Shown here in pieces: positions 36,963-46,540 of a stretch of 64,000 bases of DNA (its first letter is position 1; every line of letters begins with the position of its first letter). The position numbers and the translations under genes are program-made. The stretch spans positions 14,361 through 78,360 of the forward strand of contig JAKAJO010000069.1 of assembly GCA_021813745.1 (NCBI GenBank), in the 5' to 3' direction. The DNA is from Acidobacteriota bacterium. GTDB lineage: Bacteria > Acidobacteriota > Terriglobia > Terriglobales > Acidobacteriaceae. The notes under the pieces were generated by a model that was not told where the DNA came from, searched no databases, and worked only from the letters and a program-made list of their open reading frames with translations.

Positions 36963-38288
36963 TTAGCTCGTACGACCGCTCACCATGCACCAAGCCGCAG
37001 GCCCCAGGAGGGGATAGGTGATGTTTGCATGACCAGGCAGGTTGTTGAGAACACCTGAATTCTGGTCGATCACCCGACCCGTTACCGTGGAGTCGTTGTA
37101 GTTGGCGGTGTAGATGAACTGGTTGGACGGATCCTCGAGCAGGCACTGCGGACCTGCGCCGCCGCCCCAGGGGCTTCCGGGAATCTCGCTCAGCTGATGT
37201 GTCGCAGGGTCAATCACATAACCGGCCAAACCGCTTTGTGGGTTTCCGGTGCTTGTGTTGTTGTTCCCCTGGTTGGCTACATAGACCCACTTGCCCTTGT
37301 TTTCATAAATTAGGTAAATCGGATTGGAGAGGGTTGGGTCATCCGGAATCGCGCCGCCCGTTTGCTGCTGCAAGGCGCCGTTGGTGCCGACCGAGAACGG
37401 GATGAACTGGCTGTAGGACGTGATCCCGTTCGCCGTGATTGGCTCATTATCAAGAACATACACATAGCCACCGCCGCTCACGATCGCGGTTGCCTGGGTG
37501 ATGTTCAGCGGCTGCGAGCTGTTCTGGTTCACGGTGAGCTGACCATTGCTTGCCGAATAGGTGTACGGGAAGACGGAGTCGCCTGTTGCCGGCGTGCCGC
37601 TCACAGTCAGGACGTAGCCACCCGCCAGAACAAAATCGACGGGATTGGCCGGGACCGGAAAATAGGTAAGGGGTGTCCCGTTGGCGGCTGTGACCTGAGA
37701 ATTGACGACCAGGGTAAGGCGACCGGTGGCGGAGTCGATCTTAAACGCAGTGATGTCGCCGCAAGAGGTGACCCCGTTCCCAAGGCTCAGTGCGCACGAA
37801 GCACCGGACGGCGAGTCGTGATCCAGCACATAGAGATAATTGCCCGCCGGATCCGCAATAAGGCGAAACGGGTTAATCCCCTGCGTATAGAAGGTTTCCT
37901 GCGGAGAAAGGATTCCGTTTCCTCCCACTGCAAATTGGGTGATGTTTGAGTACTGGCACGGATCTGCAGTGGTGCAGTCTGAGCCACCCTGCTGATTGAC
38001 TCCACGATTGAGAACGTAAATGAACCGTCCTCCGGAGATCACCACGGCGCGACCAGGATTAGCGCCGCCGGAAGAGATGGGAAGGCCGTTGATGGGAGTC
38101 AGGAAGCCGGTATTATGGTCAATCTTGAAACCGCTAATGATGCCGTTGCCTGTTGTCTCGGCCGTATTGGTGCCGGTTACCCAAAGATATCCGACTGTAT
38201 AGCTTTGAACACAAGATGTAATGCCGAGGATGCCGCCAGCTGAGAGGGCGCTCATCAGAAGGGCCTTGCCGAATTTCTTAAACCTCAT
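36963..38288 (-). CDS. Lipoprotein, 7-bladed beta-propeller (lactonase/YVTN-like) family, paralogue 3 (most diverged)
   Basis: Lipobox GITSC with Cys26. Blade motifs 'FIYVLNRGVNQ', 'YLYVLDHDS', 'YVYVLDNEP', 'WVYVANQGNN' and 'FIYTANYNDSTVTGRVID'. It also has extra Cys-pair loops. Confidence 0.7.
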   Translation of the reverse strand: MRFKKFGKALLMSALSAGGILGITSCVQSYTVGYLWVTGTNTAETTGNGIISGFKIDHNTGFLTPINGLPISSGGANPGRAVVISGGRFIYVLNRGVNQQGGSDCTTADPCQYSNITQFAVGGNGILSPQETFYTQGINPFRLIADPAGNYLYVLDHDSPSGASCALSLGNGVTSCGDITAFKIDSATGRLTLVVNSQVTAANGTPLTYFPVPANPVDFVLAGGYVLTVSGTPATGDSVFPYTYSASNGQLTVNQNSSQPLNITQATAIVSGGGYVYVLDNEPITANGITSYSQFIPFSVGTNGALQQQTGGAIPDDPTLSNPIYLIYENKGKWVYVANQGNNNTSTGNPQSGLAGYVIDPATHQLSEIPGSPWGGGAGPQCLLEDPSNQFIYTANYNDSTVTGRVIDQNSGVLNNLPGHANITYPLLGPAAWCMVSGRTS

Positions 38289-38683
38289 GCGAATCCTTCA
38301 CCCTGGTCCGGCGTGCGCCGCCAAGTTTGCTAGTTCCACAGCAGAGCTGGGTTGGGATGGGTCCCTGATGCATTGTAAAAGGCGAGGGCAGGTTGTGCCT
38401 AGTTTCGAGCCGAACTGGGCCCAAAACCAGAATTCCGCCTCTCCAGGCATATCTGGAGATTGCAGGTTTCGGAGCCCTGCCCCCACGAGTCCTTCTTCAG
38501 GTGCAGTTGCATCTTTGACGCAGGATGACTGCAAAAGGCACTGAATGGGTGAGGAGAACCGGTTCACACCGATTCGGAAGGATCGAGTTCGGGCTGGAGC
38601 GTTCAAGTGCCCCGTTGAGAGGGTTTCCGCATCAATCTGCCAAAAATCTTTACAGGGCATCGTGAGCCCTGCCACACTGAAAC

Positions 38684-40234
38684 GTGGACACCCAAACAAT
38701 CGTTATCCTTGACTTCGGATCGCAGTACACGCAGCTCATCGCGCGACGGATTCGCGAGCAAAATGTCTTCTCTGTTGTGCTCCCCTGCACTGCGCCGGTC
38801 TCTGAAATTCGCAGCTACAGACCGATCGGCATCATTCTTTCAGGCGGGCCTTCTTCTGTTTATGACGACGACGCCCCCGACGCGGATCCTCTCATTCTTG
38901 ACGCGGGCGTGCCGTTGCTGGGCATTTGCTACGGTCTGCAGTTTATCGTCCATCACTTGGGCGGCAGAGTTCGTTCGGCGCCAAAGCGCGAATACGGGCA
39001 TGCCGAGGTGACGATTGAAGACGCAAGGACGCAACTCTTCGCCGGCTTGCCGAACTCCATGCAGGTTTGGATGAGCCACGGAGACGAAGCACTTGAGCTT
39101 CCCTCTGGATTCCATCGCACTGCGGTCACCTCAAATGCGCTTGCGGGAGTCGCAAATGAGCAGCGGTGCATCTGGGCGGTCCAATTTCATCCGGAGGTGC
39201 ACCACACGCCTCTCGGCCCGCAGCTTCTGCACAACTTCGTCTTCAAAATCTGCGGTGCGCGAGGAGACTGGACGCCCGCGCACTTTATTGAGTCAACGGT
39301 GGCGGCCATTCGCGAGAAGGTCGGCAAGGGGCACGTGATTTGCGGACTCTCAGGCGGAGTGGATTCATCCGTGGCCGCGGTTCTGGTCCACAAGGCGATT
39401 GGAGCGCAACTGACCTGCATCTTTGTGAATAATGGCGTCCTTCGCAAAAACGAGTTTCAAAATGTCCAGCGTAATCTGCGGGACAAGCTCGGCCTCAACA
39501 TCGTGGCCGTCGATGCCAGCGAGCGGTTCATGCGACAACTGGCGGGAGTGACCGATCCGGAGGTGAAGCGCAAGCGGATCGGCGCCGAATTCATCGCGGT
39601 CTTTGACGATGAGGCCAACCGGATTGCGAAGGAGTACGGCGGCGTGGATTGGCTCGTTCAGGGAACGCTGTACCCCGATGTGATCGAGTCGAGCAGCGTC
39701 AAGGGGCCCAGCCAGACGATTAAGAGCCATCACAATGTCGGCGGACTTCCAGAGCGCATGAAACTCAAGCTGATTGAGCCACTCCGCGACTTATTCAAAG
39801 ATGAAGTGCGAAGGATCGGCCGCGATCTGGGGATGCCCGAAGAGATTCTTGGCCGGCAGCCGTTTCCAGGACCTGGACTGGCAGTACGTATTCTGGGTGA
39901 AGTGACGCCAGAGCGGGTGGCGCTCCTGCAGGAGGCCGATGAAATTGTGGTCGGCGAGATCAAGGCAGCAGGCCTTTACTCCAGGATCTGGCAGAGCTTC
40001 GCGGTTCTTCTGCCGGTGATGAGCGTGGGTGTCATGGGAGACCAGCGCACCTATGCGTACACCTGTGCGGTGCGTGCCGTGCACTCGGAAGATGGCATGA
40101 CCGCCGATTGGGCGCCCCTGCCGCATGAAGTCTTGAAGCGAATCTCAAGCCGCATTGTGAATGAGGTTCGTGGAATCAACCGCGTAGTGTACGACATCAC
40201 TTCCAAGCCGCCTGGCACGATTGAGTGGGAATAA
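38684..40234 (+). CDS. guaA: GMP synthase (glutamine-hydrolysing)
   Basis: Start GTG 38684. '[18 protein letters not shown]', 'CYGLQ', the PP-loop 'SGGVDSSV' and the C-terminal 'PPGTIEWE'. Confidence 0.95.
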   Translation: MDTQTIVILDFGSQYTQLIARRIREQNVFSVVLPCTAPVSEIRSYRPIGIILSGGPSSVYDDDAPDADPLILDAGVPLLGICYGLQFIVHHLGGRVRSAPKREYGHAEVTIEDARTQLFAGLPNSMQVWMSHGDEALELPSGFHRTAVTSNALAGVANEQRCIWAVQFHPEVHHTPLGPQLLHNFVFKICGARGDWTPAHFIESTVAAIREKVGKGHVICGLSGGVDSSVAAVLVHKAIGAQLTCIFVNNGVLRKNEFQNVQRNLRDKLGLNIVAVDASERFMRQLAGVTDPEVKRKRIGAEFIAVFDDEANRIAKEYGGVDWLVQGTLYPDVIESSSVKGPSQTIKSHHNVGGLPERMKLKLIEPLRDLFKDEVRRIGRDLGMPEEILGRQPFPGPGLAVRILGEVTPERVALLQEADEIVVGEIKAAGLYSRIWQSFAVLLPVMSVGVMGDQRTYAYTCAVRAVHSEDGMTADWAPLPHEVLKRISSRIVNEVRGINRVVYDITSKPPGTIEWE

Positions 40235-40255
40235 GCGCCTTCCGCGCGGATCGTG

Positions 40256-41632
40256 CTATTGGCCTTCCGGTTTCAGAATTGGTGCGCGAAGTGGCGTGGT
40301 GTCAATCTCAATCCGCGTGTCTTTCGGAAAGACAACATCTCTTCCGTTGTGAAGAAAGTTGTCATAGACGGAGAGGCCCGCAGCATAAAAGCCTATGCCG
40401 GCTGCTACACTCCGGCTGCCCGCTGCGATGCCGACAAACCGCCCGATAAAGCCGAAGCCGTTTGAGGCAACTCCCGTCTGAAGGGTCATATTGCCGTCCT
40501 GATCCAAGGCATGCCCGGCAAGCATCGTGAGAAGAAGAGGTGCAATCGCGCTGGCCTGGTTGCGGGGGCTAATGGTGCCTTCGGCGTCCAGCGAGAGATT
40601 TTGCGACTTTTCGGTAGCTGCCCCAGCCAAGGAGCCTTGGACTTCGCGGTGAAAGCCCTCCGGGAATTTCACTTCCTGAAATGTGAATCGCAGCTTGCCG
40701 TTACGCCCGAAAGAACGGGCGGCCTTCGCGGCAGAGACTTTGCCGATCAGAGTTGCGCCCTGGGGAACCACAAGCTTTCTTTCCTTGTCAAAGACTGGTT
40801 CGACAACAATTGCCAGGACTGGATCGCCAGCCTTCGCTGTCGCTGAAGTCAGCCCGCTGAGCAGTACTGCGTGAACGGACCAGGTTTCTGGATTGCCAGG
40901 ATGAACAGTGGCTGGAGGTGGATCAGGGAGAGCCGCCTGGCTTGCAGGCAGCGTTACCGGAGCGGTTAGCTCAAATGACCAGGCCGTATGTGAGGCGATG
41001 CGTTCCCCATGGTAAGGAAGCTGGCTGTACAGAAGTTGCTTCGCCCGATCGCCAAAGCCCGGCGCCGTGAAAAAAGCAAGCTGATCACGTACGCGCCCTT
41101 TTGCCTGCGCCCATTCGCGTGCAATGAACGACTGCTTTGGCTTTGCGCCAGGTGTCGTGAGATGCAATACCGGCGCGCCGTTGCTTACTTCGGTGGAGGA
41201 GATAGGTAAAGGGCCGCTGGGCAGCAGCACGTTGCGAAACTGAACCTGAGGCGTATGGTATGGCGTAAAGTCACCGCGAATCCGGCCCGACCAGCGCATC
41301 TTTCGATTGGGTGTGAGATTCACCACAGTGCCCTGTAATATCGTGCCCTGCGGAACCACAAGCTTGCCGTTGGCATAGATCGGATGCAGTAAGGTGGCTG
41401 TAATGGTTTCGCCCGCCTTCATGGGATAGGAACGCAATGCCTCCACCTGCAAACTGGTGCCGGCAGGCAGAACCGGTGCGGTGGGAGGTTGCGGAGCCAG
41501 CGCCGGAGCTGGTGGCTTCAGCGATGTCTGAGGAGGTCTGTGATGCAGCTCCTGCCCAGACACGGATATCGCCAGCAGCACCAAGGCCCAGGCCGAATGA
41601 ACCGCGATTTTGTGACATGGGAGACTGAGCAT
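40256..41632 (-). CDS. Secreted hypothetical protein with an internally duplicated module (distantly TrbI/VirB10-C-terminal-like by eye)
   Basis: ATG 41632 has GGAG 8 nt upstream. Signal peptide, then a Pro-rich linker. Two modules of about 80 aa share 'KLVVPQG'. The C-terminal part is Gly/Ala-rich and hydrophobic. Confidence 0.6.
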   Translation of the reverse strand: MLSLPCHKIAVHSAWALVLLAISVSGQELHHRPPQTSLKPPAPALAPQPPTAPVLPAGTSLQVEALRSYPMKAGETITATLLHPIYANGKLVVPQGTILQGTVVNLTPNRKMRWSGRIRGDFTPYHTPQVQFRNVLLPSGPLPISSTEVSNGAPVLHLTTPGAKPKQSFIAREWAQAKGRVRDQLAFFTAPGFGDRAKQLLYSQLPYHGERIASHTAWSFELTAPVTLPASQAALPDPPPATVHPGNPETWSVHAVLLSGLTSATAKAGDPVLAIVVEPVFDKERKLVVPQGATLIGKVSAAKAARSFGRNGKLRFTFQEVKFPEGFHREVQGSLAGAATEKSQNLSLDAEGTISPRNQASAIAPLLLTMLAGHALDQDGNMTLQTGVASNGFGFIGRFVGIAAGSRSVAAGIGFYAAGLSVYDNFLHNGRDVVFPKDTRIEIDTTPLRAPILKPEGQ

Positions 41633-41695
41633 GTGGGAGACTCCGGCCGGACGATACCTTTAGGGTAGACGACCCGAATGGACAAATGAAAGCTG

Positions 41696-42295
41696 TTATT
41701 GGCCTGAAGGCGCGGATCGAAGCAGGCTAATCTCGCGTGAGAGCGCGTCCAGGCGCTCCAGAAGTTCACTGTGTCGCCGATCGGCCAAGGAGGGTTCATT
41801 GCCCTCGATGTAGAAAGTTCCGTTGGGCTCCAACTCGCAGCGATGGATCTGATGAAAGTTCTCGAAGCCCTGGCGATGCACAACTTCGAGTAGCTCTTCC
41901 CGGGTGAGTGCTTCGCGTGCTAGGGCTCTGCGGTCAATCTGGCCGTTGTGAACCAGAGTGGTGGCCCGGCCCTCAAGAGCCCTGGTCATCCGCCTTGATC
42001 GAAAGAGAACTCGAACCACAAGCCAATTGATGGTGAGCAGGCCGAATGCGCCGATGATGCCCCCTGTGACTGAGTTATCGTCGCCGATAATCGCATTCTG
42101 TACAGTGTTGGAGAGAGAGAGCAACACAACCAGGTCAAAGGGATTGAGCTGTGCCAATTCTCGCTTGCCAAAGAGGCGCAGCAGCAGGATCAGGACGAGG
42201 TAGACGATAGCCGGCCGCAGCAGCTTTTCTGCGATTGGTAGTGGCAGCCGAAACATGTGCTCAAAGACACTCGCGGGAATCATGCCCTCGAGCAT
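41696..42295 (-). CDS. DUF421 (YetF-like) membrane protein
   Basis: 'GKRELAQLNPFDLVVLLSLSNTVQNAIIG' and the C-terminal 'REELLEVVHRQGFENFHQI'. Confidence 0.8.
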   Translation of the reverse strand: MLEGMIPASVFEHMFRLPLPIAEKLLRPAIVYLVLILLLRLFGKRELAQLNPFDLVVLLSLSNTVQNAIIGDDNSVTGGIIGAFGLLTINWLVVRVLFRSRRMTRALEGRATTLVHNGQIDRRALAREALTREELLEVVHRQGFENFHQIHRCELEPNGTFYIEGNEPSLADRRHSELLERLDALSREISLLRSAPSGQ

Positions 42296-42376
42296 ACGGC
42301 TCCCAACGCACGATTTCCATAGTGATTGAGAGCCGTATGCAGTGCCATAGATTGGCTGGCGCGTTTCAGTGCCGGG

Positions 42377-43579
42377 CTACTTTCCGGATACCACCTGGTA
42401 ATTCTTGTACTCCGAAGTGAAGAGGGTGCAGCGCGTCGTGTAGCCACCCGCCTGGGAGTCTCCATTCGGCACGACAAGTGTGTTGATAAACGTCTTTACC
42501 GGTAGGATCAGTACGGACTTTCCAACCTGAACAGGGCCGTAATCCACGCGTGTGTCCACCTGATGCACCACATCACTCTGCTTCAGCTCCGGTTCGGTAA
42601 TCATGCGAACCACGATGCCAGTGGAAGGTTCAATGTACAAAAGTCCGTGATATGGGACGGTGGACTTAAATGGATGCCAGTTTGTGCTGGTCTGCATGTT
42701 GCCAATCACGCCTCCACCGCCTCCAGAACCTCCCAGAGCGGCGCCCGTAGTGGCGTTATAAAAGCGCGCAATGCCCGCCTCTGCAACATTAGGGAAGCAG
42801 CAGACGTTGATGGGGAGATGCGCCTTCTTCTTTGAGACTGAGAAGGCAAAAACCGCGACTTTCTTCCCGTTTACCAGTTCCCAGCGAGAAAACTGCAACG
42901 TGCCGGAAGACTGCGCCTGCTGAAACACGACGCTCAGGCTTGGGTCTGGCCCTTTCAGGGCGATCATGCGATTTGCGCCCCAGACCGTCTTGTCCTTTTC
43001 GGTAGACGGCTTTTCTGTGCCACGGTCGCTGCTTACGGTTGCCTCCGTGGAGTTGATGAAGTGGATGAACGAGGATGCATTGTTGAAACTTGATGTGGTC
43101 ACCACATCCGTGACACCACCAGCCAGCCCGGAATTGGCAGCAAGAGCTTCCACATTGTCCTGAAAGCGCAGGGTGGTTTTAGTGACGCTCAGCGACGGCA
43201 GGGATTCGTACACGGATGTCACATAGTTTGCGGCTTTTGTCAGAATTGCTTTCTGTGTACTTTGGTCCGGCGCAGGATCCTTGGGCAGATCCGCGGGCGG
43301 GGGGGCGAGATCTGCGCTCCGCGCTTCAAGCACATAGACCTGTTCGGTGGTAAGACGTCCCGGCACATAGGCGACCAGCTCATTCATCCTCGCGACGGTG
43401 AGCTGCTCGCTGAGCTGGAGCTGCTTGAGCGCATTCGCGACTTCGGCGTCTGATTTGTTCTGCTGATGCATGGTTCGCATCAGATCTTCAAGTTCTCCGA
43501 CGGTCACGGTCCTGATGGCCCAGACGGGTGTCGAGATACAGAGTAAAAGTAGAAGAATTGCCTGAATGATCAGTTTCAT
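42377..43579 (-). CDS. Secreted hypothetical protein (helical N-domain, Pro-rich linker, beta-rich C-domain)
   Basis: ATG 43579 has AAGGA 8 nt upstream. Signal peptide 'MKLIIQAILLLLLCISTPVWA'. No family recognised. Confidence 0.6.
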   Translation of the reverse strand: MKLIIQAILLLLLCISTPVWAIRTVTVGELEDLMRTMHQQNKSDAEVANALKQLQLSEQLTVARMNELVAYVPGRLTTEQVYVLEARSADLAPPPADLPKDPAPDQSTQKAILTKAANYVTSVYESLPSLSVTKTTLRFQDNVEALAANSGLAGGVTDVVTTSSFNNASSFIHFINSTEATVSSDRGTEKPSTEKDKTVWGANRMIALKGPDPSLSVVFQQAQSSGTLQFSRWELVNGKKVAVFAFSVSKKKAHLPINVCCFPNVAEAGIARFYNATTGAALGGSGGGGGVIGNMQTSTNWHPFKSTVPYHGLLYIEPSTGIVVRMITEPELKQSDVVHQVDTRVDYGPVQVGKSVLILPVKTFINTLVVPNGDSQAGGYTTRCTLFTSEYKNYQVVSGK

Positions 43580-44013
43580 TTCCATGATCCTTGTTGGTCT
43601 CAACATCAATCGTGCGACCGTATTGCTGTCAGTCCCCAGATCCATTGCCCACGCTGATGCGTTGGATCCCCAATGGAATCGTCGAATGCTCAGGCACAGT
43701 AGCCCCAGTGTCGCGACAGTTGCATTTATGGGTACGTTTTGCGAGGCCGCGATGTTTCAATCTCACGTTCGATTTTAAGTGGCAGACCTCAAGAGTGCCG
43801 TGTTCCAGCGCACTCTGTGGAAGTTCTTGCGACCCATATCGGGAGCCCAAAGCTTTCATTGTGCGTCTTTCGGTCAAGGGAGTCCGCGAGGAGTTCGTCT
43901 GCTACATTGGGGAGGACCATGTTGGCAAGATTGGCTTATCCCCCGGATCCGGATAATTGCTTTACATGCTGCGAACCAGAGTTCATCAATTTCTGCGATT
44001 TGGAGCCCGGCAG

Positions 44014-45009
44014 ATGACTCCCCCAAATCCCTCCGTCTTTGCAGAGATTGCTCCATTCCGCATCGAGCCACGGTTTGTTCCTCGTGTCTGGGGATCAGGT
44101 GATCTTCGTCCCTGGTATCCGTGCGGCCCACTGAGCGAGCCAGTCGGAGAGGTTTGGCTCACCGGCGACGATTGCCAGGTAGCCACCGGGCCCCACTCCG
44201 GGAAGCGGTTGGCAGACCTGTTCCATGAAGCGCCAGAGGCGATGTTGGGCAGTGCTGCAGCGGAACGGTCCTCTCCCTTGCTGATCAAGGTCATATTTGC
44301 GCGCGAAAAGCTGAGTGTGCAAGTGCATCCGGACGATCAACTTGCGCAAAAATACGGCCATCCACGCGGCAAGACGGAGTGCTGGTATGCCCTGGCTGCC
44401 GAACCGGGTGCCCAGGTTGCGGTTGGACTGCGCCCAGGAGTTACCTTAGATCAGGTCAAAGCGGCAGTTCGGGATGGGACCATGGAAGGGCTCCTTTCGG
44501 TATTGCCAATATCGGCCGGAGAGATGATTCTTGTCGACGCGGGCACTGTGCACGCCATTTGGCCGGGGTCCATATTGCTCGAAACTCAGCAGAACTGTGA
44601 CCTTACCTATCGTCTTTATGACTACGGCCGTCCTCGCGAACTTCAAATTGAGAAGTCACTCGAGGCAACCCGGCTTGCGACACGGGCAGGCAAAGTGAAA
44701 GCGCAAAAAACACTGGACCGAACCACTTTGCTGGAAGGGGAGTATTTTTGCATTGAGCGAATTCCCGTCAATGTCAGTCGTTCGAGTCACACGCTGCCGG
44801 GGAGATCGGAAGTGACGCGAGGCCTATCCTATTTGTTTGCCGCCAGCGGTTCGGCACGTCTCACCAGTGCCGGATTTGAATCCTTGGAGCTGCCTGCGCG
44901 AGGAGTGGTTGCTGTCCCCGCGAAATCCCCCACCTTTGCCATCCAGGATTTGGACGGTCTGGATCTGATTCGTATCTCCCCAAGGTGGCCTGGTAGGGTG
45001 GCTCCGTGA
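44014..45009 (+). CDS. manA: Mannose-6-phosphate isomerase, class I
   Basis: ATG 44014 has GGAG 8 nt upstream. Motifs 'PRVWGSGDL', 'LLIKVIFAREKLSVQVHPDD', 'GKTECWYAL' and 'HAIWPG'. Confidence 0.8.
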   Translation: MTPPNPSVFAEIAPFRIEPRFVPRVWGSGDLRPWYPCGPLSEPVGEVWLTGDDCQVATGPHSGKRLADLFHEAPEAMLGSAAAERSSPLLIKVIFAREKLSVQVHPDDQLAQKYGHPRGKTECWYALAAEPGAQVAVGLRPGVTLDQVKAAVRDGTMEGLLSVLPISAGEMILVDAGTVHAIWPGSILLETQQNCDLTYRLYDYGRPRELQIEKSLEATRLATRAGKVKAQKTLDRTTLLEGEYFCIERIPVNVSRSSHTLPGRSEVTRGLSYLFAASGSARLTSAGFESLELPARGVVAVPAKSPTFAIQDLDGLDLIRISPRWPGRVAP

Positions 45010-45611
45010 TCGATTCGTGGCGGGACTCCGTGGTTGGGTTCATCCGTGCCGAGGCCAAACCTCTTGATAAGTTTGGTCATCAGCCACGACTCTATGCGCT
45101 TACGAAGTTGATCGGTGAAGGCCTCGACTACGATGACGATGTTGTTTTTGCGGCTGCCTGGATGCACGACCTGGGGGTGTTTTTGGGGCATCGTCCCGAA
45201 GATCCGGCGCTCCTTGCCGCATGGGATCATGTGCCCTACACGGTGGCTCAAGTCGAGTCCCTTTTGCCAGCTTGGGGATTTCCCACGGAAAAGTTGGCGC
45301 AAGTTTCTGAGGCAATTCGAACCCATCAGCCTAAGGACGAGCCGGTCTCAATTGAGGCCATCCTCCTTCGCGATGCCGATATCCTTGAACAACTTGGAGC
45401 CATAGGCGCGCTGCGTGCGCTTGTCAAGGTCGGTCGCGATACCCGGTATCCCTCCTTTACCTCTGTAATCCCTTTGTTGAAAGACGCGATAGAGCGGTTA
45501 CCGGGGAAGCTGCGTCTAAGTTCATCGAGGACAATGGCGGAAGCGCGCCTTGAAGCAACCCGCTCCTTTTTGGCCGCCATCGAAGCAGAAGCCGGCGACC
45601 TGCTATATTAG
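45006..45611 (+). CDS. HD-domain phosphohydrolase
   Basis: GTG 45006 overlaps the manA stop (GTGA). HD motif 'AAWMHDLG'. Confidence 0.75.
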   Translation: MIDSWRDSVVGFIRAEAKPLDKFGHQPRLYALTKLIGEGLDYDDDVVFAAAWMHDLGVFLGHRPEDPALLAAWDHVPYTVAQVESLLPAWGFPTEKLAQVSEAIRTHQPKDEPVSIEAILLRDADILEQLGAIGALRALVKVGRDTRYPSFTSVIPLLKDAIERLPGKLRLSSSRTMAEARLEATRSFLAAIEAEAGDLLY

Positions 45612-45782
45612 CTTCGCTAGGCGAGCGTCGTCGGGGCGCTCCAAGAATACGTCAGCACGAACGTTCGATTACTGAACTCTTTTCCTTGCGTTTGCCTTGC
45701 AGTTTTCAGCTTGACGCCGGAGCCTATTTGAATTTCAGGCCTCCCGATGTGAAAGTTCTGCGGTCTTTTCAAGGAGATGCAA

Positions 45783-46382
45783 ATGGTTCGGAAGGCAATT
45801 TTCGTCTCTCTTGCAGTCTTCTGTTTCTCCAGCTTGGGGGTTGTGGCGAGGGCACAGACTGTCCCATCGGCCAAGCAAGACGTGCTCCCTTTTGAAATAG
45901 GCGGTGGTCTATCGGTATTTAACCCCGACTTGGGATCGGGGCAAATGCTGGGATTTGCAGTCTGGGGAGACTACAGCCCGGCCTTTCTGACGCACAGGGC
46001 ACACGGACTGGCCATTGAGGGTCAGTACAAGGACATCTTTTTTCATCGCTCCTCCACCCAGCCGAATGTCAGGGAGGCAAGCTTTCTAGGCGGCGCGAAC
46101 TATTCCTGGCATCACTTTCAGAATTTCTACCCGATGGCCTCGGCAAAGGTTGGCTATGGTGCCATCGACTTTGTCTTTAATAACAACTATTCCTATTCGC
46201 ACGATAGTCGGACGATTTACAGCTTTAGCGGTGGTGGGCAGTACCGTGTGTGGGAGAGTGTCTGGGTGCGTGCCGACTATGAGTACCAAACCTGGCCGGG
46301 TCTCTTCAATGAAAACCTGCATCCTAGAGGTTTCACTTTCGGTCTTGCTTATGACCTCCGACTGCCGCAGAGGCGCTTCTAA
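45783..46382 (+). CDS. Outer-membrane beta-barrel protein (OmpA-N/OmpW-like small barrel)
   Basis: ATG 45783 has AAGGAG 6 nt upstream. The signal peptide ends in 'ARAQT'. Alternating beta-strand pattern with an aromatic-rich C-terminal strand. Confidence 0.65.
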   Translation: MVRKAIFVSLAVFCFSSLGVVARAQTVPSAKQDVLPFEIGGGLSVFNPDLGSGQMLGFAVWGDYSPAFLTHRAHGLAIEGQYKDIFFHRSSTQPNVREASFLGGANYSWHHFQNFYPMASAKVGYGAIDFVFNNNYSYSHDSRTIYSFSGGGQYRVWESVWVRADYEYQTWPGLFNENLHPRGFTFGLAYDLRLPQRRF

Positions 46383-46540
46383 GGCTCCCATCTCAACGAT
46401 GTCTCTTTCGTCGTATTTAAAGAGAGCCACAGTATTCCAGTCGACCTTGGCAGATCGTGAACTCCGGACTTTTGTTGGGTAGCATCTCTCGCTGGAGCTT
46501 TTGTGCATCCAATACCAATTGAGGCAGAATCATTATCGAT

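Noticed and set aside
38289-38683. A 395-nt gap between propeller paralogue 3 and guaA, examined for a purine riboswitch, RNase P RNA, tmRNA, 6S RNA or small ORFs.
   Set aside because: No conserved riboswitch or ncRNA core motif could be recognised by eye, and the small ORFs lack an SD. It is most simply a divergent promoter region. A covariance-model scan (Rfam/Infernal) would be the decisive test.
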